From Felis catus (lineage: Eukaryota), in assembly GCF_018350175.1 (NCBI RefSeq), contig NC_058382.1, positions 49,044,001-49,108,000 on the forward strand: a stretch of 64,000 nt of DNA, written 5' to 3'. Below, in pieces: positions 13,009 through 27,070 of this stretch. Numbering within the stretch: position 1 is the stretch's first letter; each line of letters starts with the position of its first letter. Below the pieces are notes generated by a model, which was not told where the DNA came from, made no database searches, and saw nothing but the letters and a program-made list of their open reading frames with translations. A program made the position numbers and the translations under genes.

Positions 13009-13833
13009 TTATTTCACTTTAGCATAATGCCTTTCAAAGGTCCCACCATGTTGTCACAAATGGCAAGATTTCATCCTTTTTTATAGCTGAATAATATTCC
13101 ACTGTATATATATCACATTTTCTTTATTCATTCATCCATCAATGGACACTTAAGTTGTTTCCATGTCTTGGCTACTGTAATGCCATAATGAACATGAAAG
13201 TACACATATCTTTTCAAGTCAGTGTTTTCATTTTCTTGGAATAAACACCCAAAAGTGAAATTGCTGGATCGTATGGTAGCTCTATTTTTAATTTTTTGAG
13301 GAACTCTATGCTGTTTTCCATAGTGACTGCACCAATTTACATTCCCCCCAACAGTGCATGGGGATTCCCTTTGCTCCACATCCTCACCAGCACTTGGTAT
13401 TTGTAGTCTTTTTGATAACAGCCATTCTGACAGGTGTGATTGTAATCTCTAATTACTGACTGGTATTATTTTTTCCGTAAATGTTTATTTAAAAACACAA
13501 AACAAAACAATAAATCCATCTGGTCCTGGAGTTTTCTTTATGGGAAGATTTTTACCTCCAGATTCATTTTTTTAAAGTAAATACAGGTTACTCAGATTTT
13601 CTACTTCTTCCTGTGTTAGTTTTGGTTAAGTTTGTTTTTTTAGGAATTTGTCCATTGGGTAAACATTTTCAAATGCATTGGCCTAAAAACTGTTCATAAC
13701 TAATCTTATCTCTTGCTTGACAACACTAACTCATTCCAGAACTCCCTATTAGGTGGAAAGTTGTTTAATTTTTAAAATTTGTTCCATTAACTTTAATGGG
13801 AAAAACCATAATGCATCCTATTCCGACCCAAAA

Positions 13834-14062
13834 GTGTATTACTTTGCTAGTACTGCCATCAAAATACCACAGACTTGGTGTCTTAAACAACAGTGATTTA
13901 TTTTCTCACAACTCTGGAGTCTGGAGGTCTGAGATCAAGGTGTTGGCAGTACTGATTTCTTCTGAGACTTCTCTCCTTGGCTTGTAGATGGCCATCATCT
14001 TTTTGTATCTTCACATGGTCTTCCCTCTGTGTCTATGTCCTAATCTCTTTTTATAAGGACAT
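13834..14062. mobile_element. MaLR LTR fragment (MLT1-like)
   Basis: tgtattactttgctag...aaaataccacagacttggtgtcttaaacaacag...tctgagatcaaggtgttggcag is a typical MLT1 signature. Confidence 0.75.
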
Positions 14063-15694
14063 CAATTCTCCTGTTTTCTGTATACTATTTGGCCCCTATT
14101 CAGTAGTGTCAAATCCTTCCTAACCCCCAAAGCCTTTTGGGGTTCTAGGGCACAGATAAGCTGCTTTCTGGGATTTCCCCTATGGCAGATATTTTATTCC
14201 CAAACTTATGCTTTATAAATAATGCCACAACAAATATTATCTTATAGACACATCTGAATCCATTCTTAGAAGTAAAAATGCTAGGCCAAAGAATATACAC
14301 ATTTTAAGTTGACTGCTTTATAAAGAAGTTTTTCATATTTATATTCCTATCCATAGGCTAGAGAGGTGTTTAGCCACTTTTTCTTTTATACTTCAAGGGG
14401 CCTAAAGTCTCTGTAGAAACTACTCAACCTTTCCATTATGGCGTGGAAGGCAACCAAAGACAGTATATGTAACTGAATGTGCGTGGGAGCATTCCCATAA
14501 AACTTTATGTGTAACAGTGGTTTGGATTTGGCCAATGGGTAGCAGTTTGCTGATTAGTGGGCTAGAGAGCTTAAATCCCCATATTCCCATCAATACTGTG
14601 TATTTATTAATTAATAATTAGTAATTATTACTGTGTAATTTATTAATTTTTTTATATTTGCTAATCAGATGGGTGAAAACAATGCACTCATTTGTCTTTT
14701 AATTTTCACACTTTTAACTATAAGAGAGAATCAACTTTTTCATTATTTACTGGACATCTTTTTCTTTACCTGTGAATAGTATATAAATATCTGTTGCCTG
14801 TGTCTATTAACAGCGCTTTCTATTAAAGAATATAGGCCTTTTTATCGGTGTTGCAAATACTTTTTCATAATATACCGAACATTTTTGAAGGAAAAATAAA
14901 ATCTTTTGAGTTTGTTTAATGCAATCAAATTTACCCATCTTTTTTTACAAATATAGTTCTTAATGTTCTGTCATGTTTTAAAACACCTTCCTCGTGTTCA
15001 TGTTTTCTTCTAGTACTCCTGTGGTTTTATTTTTACTTTGAATCTCTGACCTATCTACCCATTCTTTAGAATAAGCAGTCAATCTAAGCAGTTAGCCTGC
15101 TTCTCTGCTCTTACATCTGCCCTCCAAACTGCCTTCTACACTGTGACAGTGATTTCTTCCAGCACTGTCAGATATAGGACTACTCACTCCTCTTTTAAGA
15201 CCCAACTCAAGTCTCATTTCCACTTTTAAGTCTTTCTTGACATCAATCCCCCCGGAGCAAAATTCACTTTTCTTTCCGCTAACTCTAATACAGGCCTCTG
15301 TCTTCAAGGTATTCACTTGTAGGTGCCTGTAGTTTCTATCACAATGTACGGTACATAGTATGTGACTGTATTATGACTGAATAAAACAACTTTAAAATAT
15401 GGAATTCTAAAGTTGTAAACTTGAAAAGCAGAGAAACAATTATTTTCATATGGTAGCTATAACTGAAGTAAAATTTAAACTTAAGTACGTAAATATTATT
15501 TGACAAAACCTGCTGGTTTCTAGAATGGAAGGGTATTTGCAGATTTACCATGATCCTTAAATAAGGCCGATCATCATGGTTAAGATGGAGGGAATCTAAG
15601 AAGACATAATATTTCTCAGAATAACAGGAAAAGCATCCTGAACCTGTCACACATATAAAGCATATACAGTGAACTCTGGAAAATCCATACTTAC

Positions 15695-15727
15695 ATGATT
15701 GCAGTCTGAAGAAATCTCATTTTCAGG
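15695..15727 (-). CDS. GLG1: GLG1 33-nt coding micro-exon (likely exon 2)
   Basis: Translates PENEISSDCNH, which directly precedes LLWNYKL in GLG1. Strong polypyrimidine tract ending ...ccccccctttTAG|CCT and consensus donor CAT|GTAAGT. Confidence 0.95.
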
Positions 15728-16099
15728 CTAAAAGGGGGGGAAAAAAAGACAATGTTAAAAAAAAAAAACCTCAGTTTTCAAACACCACCAAAATAAACTC
15801 AAAACAAGAAATGTGAATATTTAACTGAATATGCTTCTTCAATTTAAGAAGGAAAATGGGGCTTATATATCTTTTAGATAGCTGGGGAGAAATATACCAG
15901 AAAAGGAGATGAGACATAACCCCTTTGTAATCAATGGTTTGATCTGAAGATAGGGACAGGGGAGAATAAAGTACTAAAGAAACAAAGCTATAGGGACATC
16001 AGGATCCTTACAGAACACTTCATAATTCTGAAAGCTAAAGAAAATCAGGCACAATACAGGTGTCCTTTCTAAAGTTAGATATCTTAAAAAAACAACACA

Positions 16100-16590
16100 G
16101 GGGCGCCTGGGTGGCGCAGTCGGTTAAGCGTCCGACTTCAGCCAGGTCACGATCTCGCGGTCCGGGAGTTCGAGCCCCGCGTCGGGCTCTGGGCTGATGG
16201 CTCGGAGCCTGGAGCCTGTTTCCGATTCTGTGTCTCCCTCTCTCTCTGCCCCTCCCCTGTTCATGCTCTGTCTCTCTCTGTCCCAAAAATGAATAAAAAA
16301 CGTTGAAAAAAAATTAAAAAAAAAAAAACAAAAAAACACAAAACAAAACAGACTTATTAAAGAGGGCAGGGGCACCTGGGTGGTTCAGTCGGTTAAGCAT
16401 CCAACTGTGGATCAGGTCATGACTTTGCAGTTTGTGAGTTTGAGCCCCGCATCAGGCTCTGTGCTGACAACTCAGAGCCTGGAGCATGCTTCCGATTCTG
16501 TGATTCCCTCTCTCTGCTCCCCTACCCCGATCACTGTCTGTCTCTGTCTCTGTCTCTCTGTCTCAAAAATAAATACATATTAAGAAAAAA
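16100..16590 (+). mobile_element. Two tandem SINEs (young Fc-type at 16100, older copy at ~16368)
   Basis: Two SINE heads, each followed by (CT)n and an A tail. Confidence 0.92.
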
Positions 16591-18374
16591 ATTTTTGAAG
16601 AGGACAAAGAAGGTCCATCAAATGATTTAAAAACTAGTCTTATGCCACCACTAGGTGAAGTGAGGTCATGGGTACATAGGACCTCTATGTAACTTCTTAG
16701 GAGCCTATAATCTTGCAAGTATATCATTTAAATAGAAAGTTTTTTTAAAAAATAGAAATTATATATATAGTCCCATGACTATATGTGCTCTGCAAAGCCA
16801 GGTACATGTACCAGAAGTAAAATGAACTTTCTATTCCATAATTTAAAAAGTAAGCTAGGTTATGCTTAATGTTACATAACGGCAATACACATACTTAGCT
16901 TCCTTGTTCATGCCTTTAAAAAAGATACAATTGTAAGACAAATACCATTTCATCTGAGTTTCCATAGCATTCCAACCTGTTCAAAGGAAGGGAATTCTGT
17001 GCACATTCTATGAAATATCACCAAAGCAGGTCTTAAAAGATGCCATTTTCAAAATAAAAAGATTCTTTCTATTCACGGATAGAGATAAGGCAATAAACAG
17101 TGAATATTAACAAGTTAAGCAGCCACAACTAGCATCAATCACTTCAGAAAGAAAAAGTTTTCTAGGGAACTACTAATTCCACTGTAGAATTTAATAGGCA
17201 TTGACACTAATATAAAAACTTGTTTTTGTACTTATTCATAAAATATTATAACTGACTTTAATTAGGTGTGCCTGGGTAGCTCCGTCGGTTAAGCATACGA
17301 CTCTTGATTTTGGCTTAGGTCATGATCTCACTGGGATTGAGCCCCGAGGTGTGCTGTCAGTGCAGAGCCTGCTTGGGGGTCTCTATCTCCCTCTCTCTCT
17401 GACCCTCATCTCCACGTACATACACTCTCTCTCAAAATCAAAAGACACACACACACACAAAAGGAAAAGTGACTTTAACTAGATTCCTAGGTAATCATAA
17501 AATTACAACATACCATCTTTGGACTGTTCCCCCACTTGTCTACATAAAAACAGGTAATGCCTTTTTGGGGGGGCTTTCTAGTCTCAGAAATCAGCCTCTA
17601 TACTATGACTGAAACTAGCTTAACTCTGCTCCCTCCACTTCAATCCCAAGTGCTTGTCTTACATCTCTTAACAGTTTATTATTAGCAAGAAAGCTTTATT
17701 TTGTTTAGGCAGCTTTCTGCCTTATCCTGTTTTAATCTATCCCTTAAATATTTTCCAATCAATCAGCAATTCTTGCTCTTTCTCAAACAAAGCACAAAGC
17801 CAATGAGTAATACTATCATTTCAACTAGTATTCATTTCTACTACACAATAACTTTGGATTAAAGGGGCATTCTTGAGGGGGGCCAGCCAGCTGGCTCAGT
17901 TAGTAAAGCATACGACTCTTTATCTCAGGGGTTGTGAGTTCATGCCCCATGTTGAGCGCGCAGCTTACTTTAAAAAAGGAGCATTCTTTTTAAAAAAAAA
18001 TTTTTTTTTTTTTAACGTTTATTTATTTTTGAGACAGAGAGAGAGAGCATGAACAGGGGAGGGTCAGAGGAAGAGGGAGACACAGAATCTGAAACACGCT
18101 CCAGGCTCTGAGCTGTCAGCACACAGCCCGAGGCGGGGCTCAAACCCATGGACCGTGAGATCATGACCTGAGCCTAAGTCAGACGCTCAACCGACTGAGC
18201 CACCCAGGCGCCCCTAAAAAAGGAGAATTCTTGAAAGAAATCCAGAGCATTGGAGCATTTTCAAAATAATTTATTTAAATAATATGCAAGTTGCTCATGG
18301 AAAAAGTGTTATGTTTACAGTTCACAGGACCTATACGAGCAAATTGACAGTTTTAATGGCTTGCTTCCCTACAT

Positions 18375-19010
18375 TGGTAGACTGGATTATTTCCCCTAGT
18401 TTTTTACTCCTCTTTAATAGCATCTGATATCCACAACCTTTGCTCTGTAACTCTGCATAGCCTCCTGCTGCGCAATGAGTATACACCCTGCTCCAATGAT
18501 ATAAGGCTAGGCTACTACTGACTTGCTTTGGCCAATGGGATTTTAAATAGACACAATAGAAGAGATTTTATTTACTTTTAAAAATGTTTATTCATTTTTT
18601 GAGTGAGAGAGAGAGAAAGAGAGCATGAGCAAGGGAGGGGTAGAGTGAGGGAGACAGAATCCAAAGCAGGCTCCAGGCTCTGAGATGTCAGCACAGAGCC
18701 GGCTGGCAAGCGGGGCTCAAACTCAGGAACTAGGAGATCATGACCTGAGCCAAAGTCAGACGCTTAACCGACTGAGCCACCCAAGCGCCCCAATAGAAGA
18801 AGTTTTAAATGTGCTTTTCACTCTCACACTCCTGCCATTTCCCAAGAGAAGAACACGTCCAGGCAGCTGCTAGTACAAGGAAAAGAGACATGTGCAGCAG
18901 ACTTAAACCCTACCTATAGCCCAGAGCAGAGCCATCCTAAATGACTTGCAGAGCCATGGGCAAGAAAAGTAAGTATCTGTCATTATGAGAACTTGAAATT
19001 GAGGGAGATG
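18375..19010. mobile_element. Old MaLR (MLT1-like) LTR interrupted by a minus-strand SINE (~18570-18791)
   Basis: tgacttgctttggccaatggga motif typical of MLT1. The SINE is flanked by aatagaaga repeats. Confidence 0.6.
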
Positions 19011-22000
19011 GTTATGAAGAAAAAAAATGAATAATATACCTATCAAGCAAATGGAATAATAAAAATCTGAAATCCATTAAGCCACAATTGATAATAGCTA
19101 CAGTCTAATTTAGTGAATTATGTTAGTAAATACAGAGTACTATAGCTTTTTATGAAAGAAACACGTGAGCCACAGAGACACAAATGAACTGCACATTGGG
19201 AGCCCAGTGTTTCATTTTCGTCTCTTTTGTCATCTTAATTTGCAATAGGCAATAAACTTATTTTTTTTTCTTTTTAGATTTAGTATCTCTTCCAAGAAAG
19301 AGAAGATGACAACATAGGAATGCTATAAGAACCAGGCTATGATTTGGGCGCATGGGTGGCTCAGTCAGTTGAGCACCCGACTCTGGCTTAGGTCATGATC
19401 TCTCAGTCCTTGAGTTCAGGCCCCACATGGGGCTCTATGTTAACAGCTTAAAGCCTGGAGCCTGCTTCAGATTCTGTCTGTCTGTCTCTCTCTGCCCCTC
19501 CTCCACTCATGCTCTGTCTCTCTCTCTCTCAAAAATAAACATTAAAAAAAAAAAAAAAAAAAAAAAAAGAACCAGGTTATGATGTTAGGCCATTGAGACT
19601 AACAGAACTAAACAGCTATGTATAATTGCAAATAATTTCAGAAATTTAAAAGGGTCTGTAGAATCAAAGGTCATAGAGATGGTTCAGAGGAAGTGAACAG
19701 AGACCTATCTGCAAAATATAAAAAATAAAGTAGTATACCCAAACAGTGGGAACATGAATGCCAGCACAAAGTAACTCCAGAGGAAGTATAAAAAGAAAAT
19801 GCTATGGTTTAGCACGACCATTTGATAAGACTCTAAAAGGCAAAAATATCAGGGACCAAAAACAGATGTGGGTGCGGATGCAGGTTTGATTCTCAGACTG
19901 TACCACTCCCATGATGTCCCAATCAAATCACTTCATCAGACATAGTATGTATCTACTTCTGCAAAACTATAAATGCAGATAGGCTTGATTACCTTTAACC
20001 TAAGAAGATGAATCGCGTAGAGAATAAAACCCAGAATTACTGAGGTAGAATAAGGCTGAGGATTTTTTGTTTACTTTGTTATCAATGAAATAATACTCTG
20101 AAATGATCCCAAGAAATGAAGCAACAAGTAAATACTGGATAATTGTGATGGACCCAAAATTGTGTGAGGGATTGTTGTGGGATACAGAAGAAAGATAAGC
20201 CACTGTCTCTAACCTCAGGTGGTTTACAATCCAGTTGAAGAGATAAAATGGTGAAGTCATGCAATTAAGCAAGAACTGGGACTTGAGCTAGGCCTGAAAG
20301 ATGAGACAAAGGAATGATTTCCATGGAATACGCAGGGTAGATGATCCCCTAGAGCTCAAGAAGAAAATAAGAGAATCTCTCTTTACTTTTTTAATGTTTT
20401 ATTTTTGAGAGAGAGAGCAAGTGGGAGAGGGGCAGAGAGAGAAAGAGACTGAGGAACCGAAGCAGGCTCCATGCTGTCAGTGCACAGCCCCACGCAGGGC
20501 TCAAACCCATGAACCCGCGAGACCGTGATCTGAGCTGAAATCAAGAGTCAGGTGCCCAATCGACTTAGCCAATTAGGCGCCCAGAGAACCTCTTCTTAAA
20601 AAAAAATCATCTTTTAATTTACATTTTAAGGTTTAATAATGCATATATTAGAATACTTAAGGGGCACCTGGGTGGTTCAGTCAGTTAAGCATCCAACTTC
20701 AGCTAAGGTCATGATTTTGCGGTTTGTGGGTTCGAGTTCCATGTCAGGCTCTGTGCCGACAGCTCAGAGCCTGGAGCCTGCTTTGGATTCTGTGTCTCCC
20801 TCTCTCTCTGCCCCTTCCCCGTTCGTGCTCTATCTCTCTCTCAAAAATAAAATTTTAAAAATTAAAAAAAAAGAATTAATATTTTATAAGTAACTATAAA
20901 ATATTGTGGTATATGTAGTAATTTTTTCAAATGATAAAGAAGAACATGATCAAAATAGAGGATTAAGAACTGAAACCTTCCTTGTAATCAGTTTAGGAGT
21001 CCTATCCTCACTCTCTCCCCATTAAATCAGAGGCAAAGAGCAGGCTCCTAGCCTGTGGAACTATCAAATGAGAAGCTGAGCTTTGCTATATTATTAGCTG
21101 CTCTCCATCATTCTAGAGACAGAATGGTGGACTTCAAAAGAAGTGTCTCTGGGGTGCTGCGGTGGCTCAGTGGGTTAAGCATCACACTCTTAATTTCGGT
21201 TCAGGTCACTATCTCTTTGTTACAAGTTCGAGCCCTGCGTCAGGCTCTGCCCTTGACAGTGTGGAGCCTGCTTGGGATTCTCTGTCTCTGTCTCTTTGCC
21301 CCTCCCCAACTTGTACATGCACTCTCACATGGGCACTCTCTCTCACAAAAATAAATAAACATTAAAAACAAAAGAAGAAATAAGCGTCTTCCATCAAGTG
21401 TTTCCTCATGGAAAATAAATAATTGTCCTCTTGGCAATGGATCTGGGAGGAGAAGAATTTATGATAAGCCTCATAAATAGCTGTTAATTTAATGACCAGA
21501 CTCTGTAGAAGAGACTGCTGAAATTACATATATTAGTATCAATAAAAAAAATTTATGAACAGAGGAAAGAGAAAAGGAGAGTGTGACACATCCCCTCAAC
21601 CCAACACGGCAGTGACTGAAACAGAGAAAGAGCTCAAATAATGCTGAATGAACAATGTGGCAATAACACCATAAAGGAGATAAGCACTGAGTGCTTGGAG
21701 ACATCGGCCTGACTCCAATAAAGAATGTCATGGATAGCAGGAAAAGGTAAAAGTGTCACTTAACTGAGCTAGATGTCAAATTCATTTCTGACATGATGGA
21801 CTGCAAGATAAATGGTTTTGTGTCCAATTTTACAGATGAAGATCTCAAAATCCAGAAAAACTGAGTAATGTGATCAAAGTACACTTCTAGGAGACAGCAC
21901 AACAGGAATTTAAATAATGCTAATAAATGGCAACTAATGCTCACTGTGATGCTTTCAGCGTGATGCCTCCCAAAAAAGGCTCCGTAAGGTCAGGTTGAGC

Positions 22001-22241
22001 ACAATGACTGGTGGGGGATGGGGTGGAGGGTCTTCAGGAGGTGCAAGAAAAGAAAGGCAGACAGCATGAATAAACAGAACAAGTACTCTAGAATGATCTG
22101 ACAGCCACATGATGAATTTACATGCAGGAAGCACAGGTAAGTAAAGACTGGAGTAATTAGACCAACTATGAATCCAGAGTAGCCCTATGGTAACTACAGC
22201 AAATTATAAAAAAAACTTTGCTTAGTTCACTTGGCCTTTCT

Positions 22242-22462
22242 TTTTTTTTTTTTTTTTTTCAACGTTTATTTATTTTTGGGACAGAGAGAGACAGAGCATG
22301 AACGGGGGAGGGGCAGAGAGAGAGGGAGACACAGAATCGGAAACAGGCTCCAGGCTCCGAGCCATCAGCCCAGAGCCTGACGCGGGGCTCGAACTCACAG
22401 ACCGCGAGATCGTGACCTGGCTGAAGTCGGACGCTTAACCGACTGCGCCACCCAGGTGCCCC
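22242..22462 (-). mobile_element. Young felid SINE (SINEC_Fc-type)
   Basis: Near-consensus body; TSD tcacttg(g/c)cctttct. Confidence 0.95.
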
Positions 22463-24669
22463 TCACTTGCCCTTTCTAAATCAATGATTTAAATGTTTTG
22501 GGTATTACTGTACTCCAGTCTCCTTGTTGGGTAAGCAAAAGATGATGTAGTTCACTTTAAGGCTTAAAACTACTTGTCCTTCCTCTAAGCTCTGTGAATT
22601 CAAAATGGGTTTTAACTAAAGGGATACAATGGCAGAAAAAAGACAACGGATGCATGAAAATATTCAGCTATAGAAGCTGTGTGATTTTGGTGTGTCACTT
22701 AACTTCTCCAGACCCCTGAGGACAGAACAGGGATTTCTTCACCTAGGATCATGAACTGACTTTAGGGGTGAGACTCTCTTGAAACTGAATACAAACTTTT
22801 GTGCGGAAGTATATTTTTCTGAGAATTCATAGCTGTCATGATAAATCTCACAAAGAACCATAAGGCACCAAAAAATTAAGAAACAGTGGTCTAAGATGGT
22901 TGAGATTCTTTGCAGCTGTAGGAGGCTATAAGATGTGAGATGTGGAAAATAGAAATAGAAGTATTTATTGATTTCCATGTCTTTTAATGTGGGTAATTTG
23001 CATATTATGACTATAGTTTCCCAGTGCTTCATCTTAATCATTCTCTGCTGGCCAAAGCACAACAGGTTTCAGAATAAACTACTGAAAAGCCTGAGTCTGA
23101 ATATTCTCAATTAAATCAACCATCACATTCACTTAAAAGGATGGTTTTTACAGAAAGTACAAGTCTGAACTCTGATTTCCTCAAGGTGAACAGGCTGAGT
23201 TAATGAGTCTGGCAGGAGAAATTGAAGGATTCACAAAACTTACTTGGAAGTTGTCCCAGTTTCTGAAATAGAAATGCTTGGGAGCTGGACTGTGTCTAAA
23301 ATTTGGAACATTCTACAGTTAGACAGACTGAAGTTGAACTACCCACCAGATCACACCTGGTACTAAATTAAGTGATAATAGACACTGTTTATTAATCACC
23401 TGTGAGAAAACAAAGAAAAAATGTCAACAGTATCAGTGCTTTTATAGCCTTGCACAAATCTGAAGGCTGGGCAACAACCTGATGTCTCCCTGTGATTAGA
23501 AACATTCTCCTACAATAGTAAGGAGATTCTTCTTCTGGGAGTTTGTTCATTAAGAACCCAGTAAAGTGCCAATCATATGAACAATTCATTTATTAACATG
23601 ACCCAATCCACCTGCCTCCTGCCCACCAAAAAAAAGGCAAACTCAATATAATACAGTTGGTAATGATTAAAGTCAGTTTTCTATAAGAACGTTTTGGTGA
23701 ACTTTCCGTGAGCAAGTATAAAGTGAATCTTAATCTTCTGTCAGATTCATAACCAAGTTCTTTTCAGTACATTATTCTGGCCAATGAGAATTAACTTTTC
23801 TTATTTGTACCCAGGGACTGCTGCTAAGTATTGTTTTTCCAAAAGGACAGTGACCAGCATAGGCTTTGTGCCCTCCAACAATGCTTTTCTGATTCACTAA
23901 AGAGTTGTGCTTTTGTGTGATTCTTTAACATTCAACCAACTTTTCAGAATGAATTTACTATAAAGGTCCAGTGGGAGATTTATTTTTAAAAAGGGTATGA
24001 GACACAGATTATAGATGCTGGCTTTCAAGTAAATCAATTAGTGTGGTAGGGAAGATAAAACATGAGTCTACACCTAACCATTATACAAAAAGTGGAGTCT
24101 GGGGTGGGAAGAGGGCCTGATACTTTAAAGAATGAAGAAAGTCCCCCTTACCCACTATGGGTAGGATAACAGAAAGAAGTCAGAGCGGGGCACCTGCATG
24201 GCTCAGTCGGTTAAGCTTCAGACGTCAGCTCAGGTCATGACCTCATGGTTTGTGAATTCAAGTCCCACATCCAGCTTCCTACTGTCAGCATGGAGCCAGC
24301 TTAGGATCCTCTGTCCCTCTCTCTTTGCCCCTCCCCTGCTTGTTCTCTCTCTCTCTCTCTCTCTCAAAAATAAACAAAAAAGACAAACAGAGACACTTGT
24401 GAAAATATATGGAATACATCATAGGTAAGGCACCTAAGGGAATCTGACAATATACTCTTTGCAGTCCATATTTTTCTATTTTCTTTCTCTTTCAGTGTGT
24501 ATTTCAAAGGGGATGGTTAGGGCAGGGAAATATGGGAAATCCACACTTTCTAGAACATGGCAAGTAGCAATCTGGTCCTCTTAAGAGTCCTAGATTAGTA
24601 GTTCTAAGAAAAGCACATTAACCATTTTATGGTTTAGTTGTGTCGGTATGCTCAACTTTTAGGTGAGAT

Positions 24670-24671
24670 AT

Positions 24672-24718
<47 letters not shown>

Positions 24719-24935
24719 TTTTTCCATTTTATTTAGGGGGGAGAGAGAGAGAAAGAGAGAGCATGCATGCACACACAAGGAGGTGGGAAGAGGGCCTGAG
24801 TTGACAGGGGGATCTCAAGCAGGCTCTGTCCTCAGTGCAGAGCCCGATGTGGGGCTTGATCCCACAACCCTGGGATCGTGACCTGAGTTGAAATCAAGAA
24901 TCGGACGCTCAACCAAGCTGAGCCACCCAAGCGCT
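24670..24935 (-). mobile_element. Carnivore SINE with (TTTA)n tail microsatellite
   Basis: (TTTA)n at ~24670-24720, followed by a minus-strand SINE body. Confidence 0.85.
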
Positions 24936-25499
24936 TCTATGTGGGAGTTTGAGAATGAGAAGTGAAAACAAAATTCTCTGAAGGACATAGTATGAATAAG
25001 GAACAAAAGGTCAATTTTTATATGGCATCCTTTATATGTTTTATTTAATTTGCCATCTCAGTTGATTTGGAACAGCTGAATATACAGGACCAAATTTGTC
25101 AAAGCAGGAGCTACTGAGCCAAATGCAAAGTGGGAAATGAAAAGAGAGAGAAGTTTTCCAGGCATGTGACAATACTATTAGGGATTACGGCCAGTAAATC
25201 TGGACTGATTCTGTCAATGCAGCTCAGTACCTCCAATCCGACTATGTTACTTCTGTAATTGTGAGAAGATAAAAACAAAAAAGGCATATAAAATTACAAG
25301 ATGCAAAAAAAGTCCCAAAATGAAATATAATTTCTCATGAACCATACTCAAGTATCTAAAAATACCACATCTCTTCCATACTGACCAGGGGTTAGTACAC
25401 TACTTACTTTAACTGGCCTAAAGAGAGGCAAAGAGCACAGAGCTGCCAGAACGTGCAGAACCCTTTCTGTATAACCCAGCGCAAATGATTGGTGCTTCT

Positions 25500-25945
25500 T
25501 CTTCTTCTTCTTTTTAAGTTTATTTATTTATTTTGGGGCGCCTGGGTGGCGCAGTCGGTTAAGCGTCCGACTTCAGCCAGGTCACGATCTCACGGTCCGG
25601 GAGTTCGAGCCCCGCGTCAGGCTCTGGGCTGATGGCTCAGAGCCTGGAGCCTGTTTCCGATTCTGTGTCTCCCTCTCTCTCTGCCCCTCCCCCGTTCATG
25701 CTCTGTCTCTCTCTGTCCCCAAAATAAATAAACATTGAAAAAAAAAATTTAAGTTTATTTATTTTGAGAGACAGAGAAAGAGAGAAACCAGGGGGAAGGG
25801 GTAGAGAAAGGAGGACAGAGGATCCAAAGCAGGCTCTGTGCTGACAGCAGAGAATCCGATGTGGCACCCCAACTCACGAACCGTGAGGTCATGACCTGAG
25901 CTAAAGTCGGACACTTAACCGACTGAGAGTCACCCAGGTCTCGCT
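25500..25945. mobile_element. Young plus-strand SINE (25535-~25748) inserted into the tail of an older minus-strand SINE
   Basis: Inner TSD taagtttatttattt; outer TSD atga(t/c)tggtgcttct. Confidence 0.88.
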
Positions 25946-27070
25946 ATGACTGGTGCTTCTGAAGAGAACAGCTTTGACTCAGGGACTAGCCTTCCATCTG
26001 AATAACAGAGCAACTGCATAATTCTGAAGCATGTGTAAGCTTTGAAGCAGGAGCCTCAGGGGGACAAATCTTAGGTTAGATGAGAGAGATAAAGGCCATC
26101 TGAATACTGGGAAATGCTAAGCTGAAATGGGGGAAGAAGGGTACCTGGTACCTTGGCATCAATAGATGCTTAAATGGACTCAAAAAGTGTCAGAGAAACA
26201 GCAAATAGTTTTATACAAATAGTGTCTCCTGGAAAGGGAGTCACATCAAGAAACTATATGAGGAAAAGTAATCACCACTGAACAACGGTAGATATGGAGA
26301 AAGATAAATGTAACAGAGAAATTAAAAAAAAATTGAATACAGTTAAAGATAATGACAAATATAGCTATCAGAACCTACAGACATTGCTGCAAATAATTCT
26401 GATCAAAAGCTTTAAAAGATATTATGTCCTGAAGCTTAGAGAATCATCAGAAGGTCAGAGAATTAAAAGCGTAATTTAGAGATAACTTATCCAAGAAATT
26501 TTCAAACTTTTGGGACCTCCTCCTTACTCCTCATGACTATCTAAGGCACCACAGACTCAACACAACTGAGGTAGTCCCAAACCACTTCCCCAACCACCCC
26601 TGTACCACTCTACCCCTCCACTTAAGTCCAAAATGGGGATGGTGTTTGCTCAATGTCACTGAATCAATTGACGGCTGAATGAAAACCTTAAGGTTCCATA
26701 TAAATGCTATTAAGTACATAAGAAAACTCAATCTGTGTGAAAACTGAACTGGGAAAACCGAGCATACTTGAGCATTGTTTTGAGATTTGAAAACACGGCT
26801 GTAAAAAAAAATATATTCCTTCAAAAATCAAAAAGCAAAGCCAGCACCACAACACAAAAACCCAAACTCAAGGGAAAACTCCACCTTTTCCTTTACTTCT
26901 TAAACCTCCATTCTAAAACCCCAAATTTAAAACCTCCGGTCATGTCACACCTAGGAAAGAGGTTTCAGCCTCCACTGAAACAACACTTAATGATTATTTT
27001 CAGGAGCTAGTCTATAACCAAACTGTCACATGAAAAAGATGGTGTGTATTTAATACCTGTCTCATATTTA

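Larger units (their letters stand above)
12020..13440 (-). mobile_element. L1 3' end (minus), split by a GC-rich insert
   Basis: L1 3'UTR motifs (caccaatctgttctctgta...; atttcactttagcataatg...ccatgttgtcacaaatggcaagatttc) and an ORF2 C-terminal remnant (ORF 13128-13379, ...TVAKTWKQLKCPLMDE). Confidence 0.85.
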
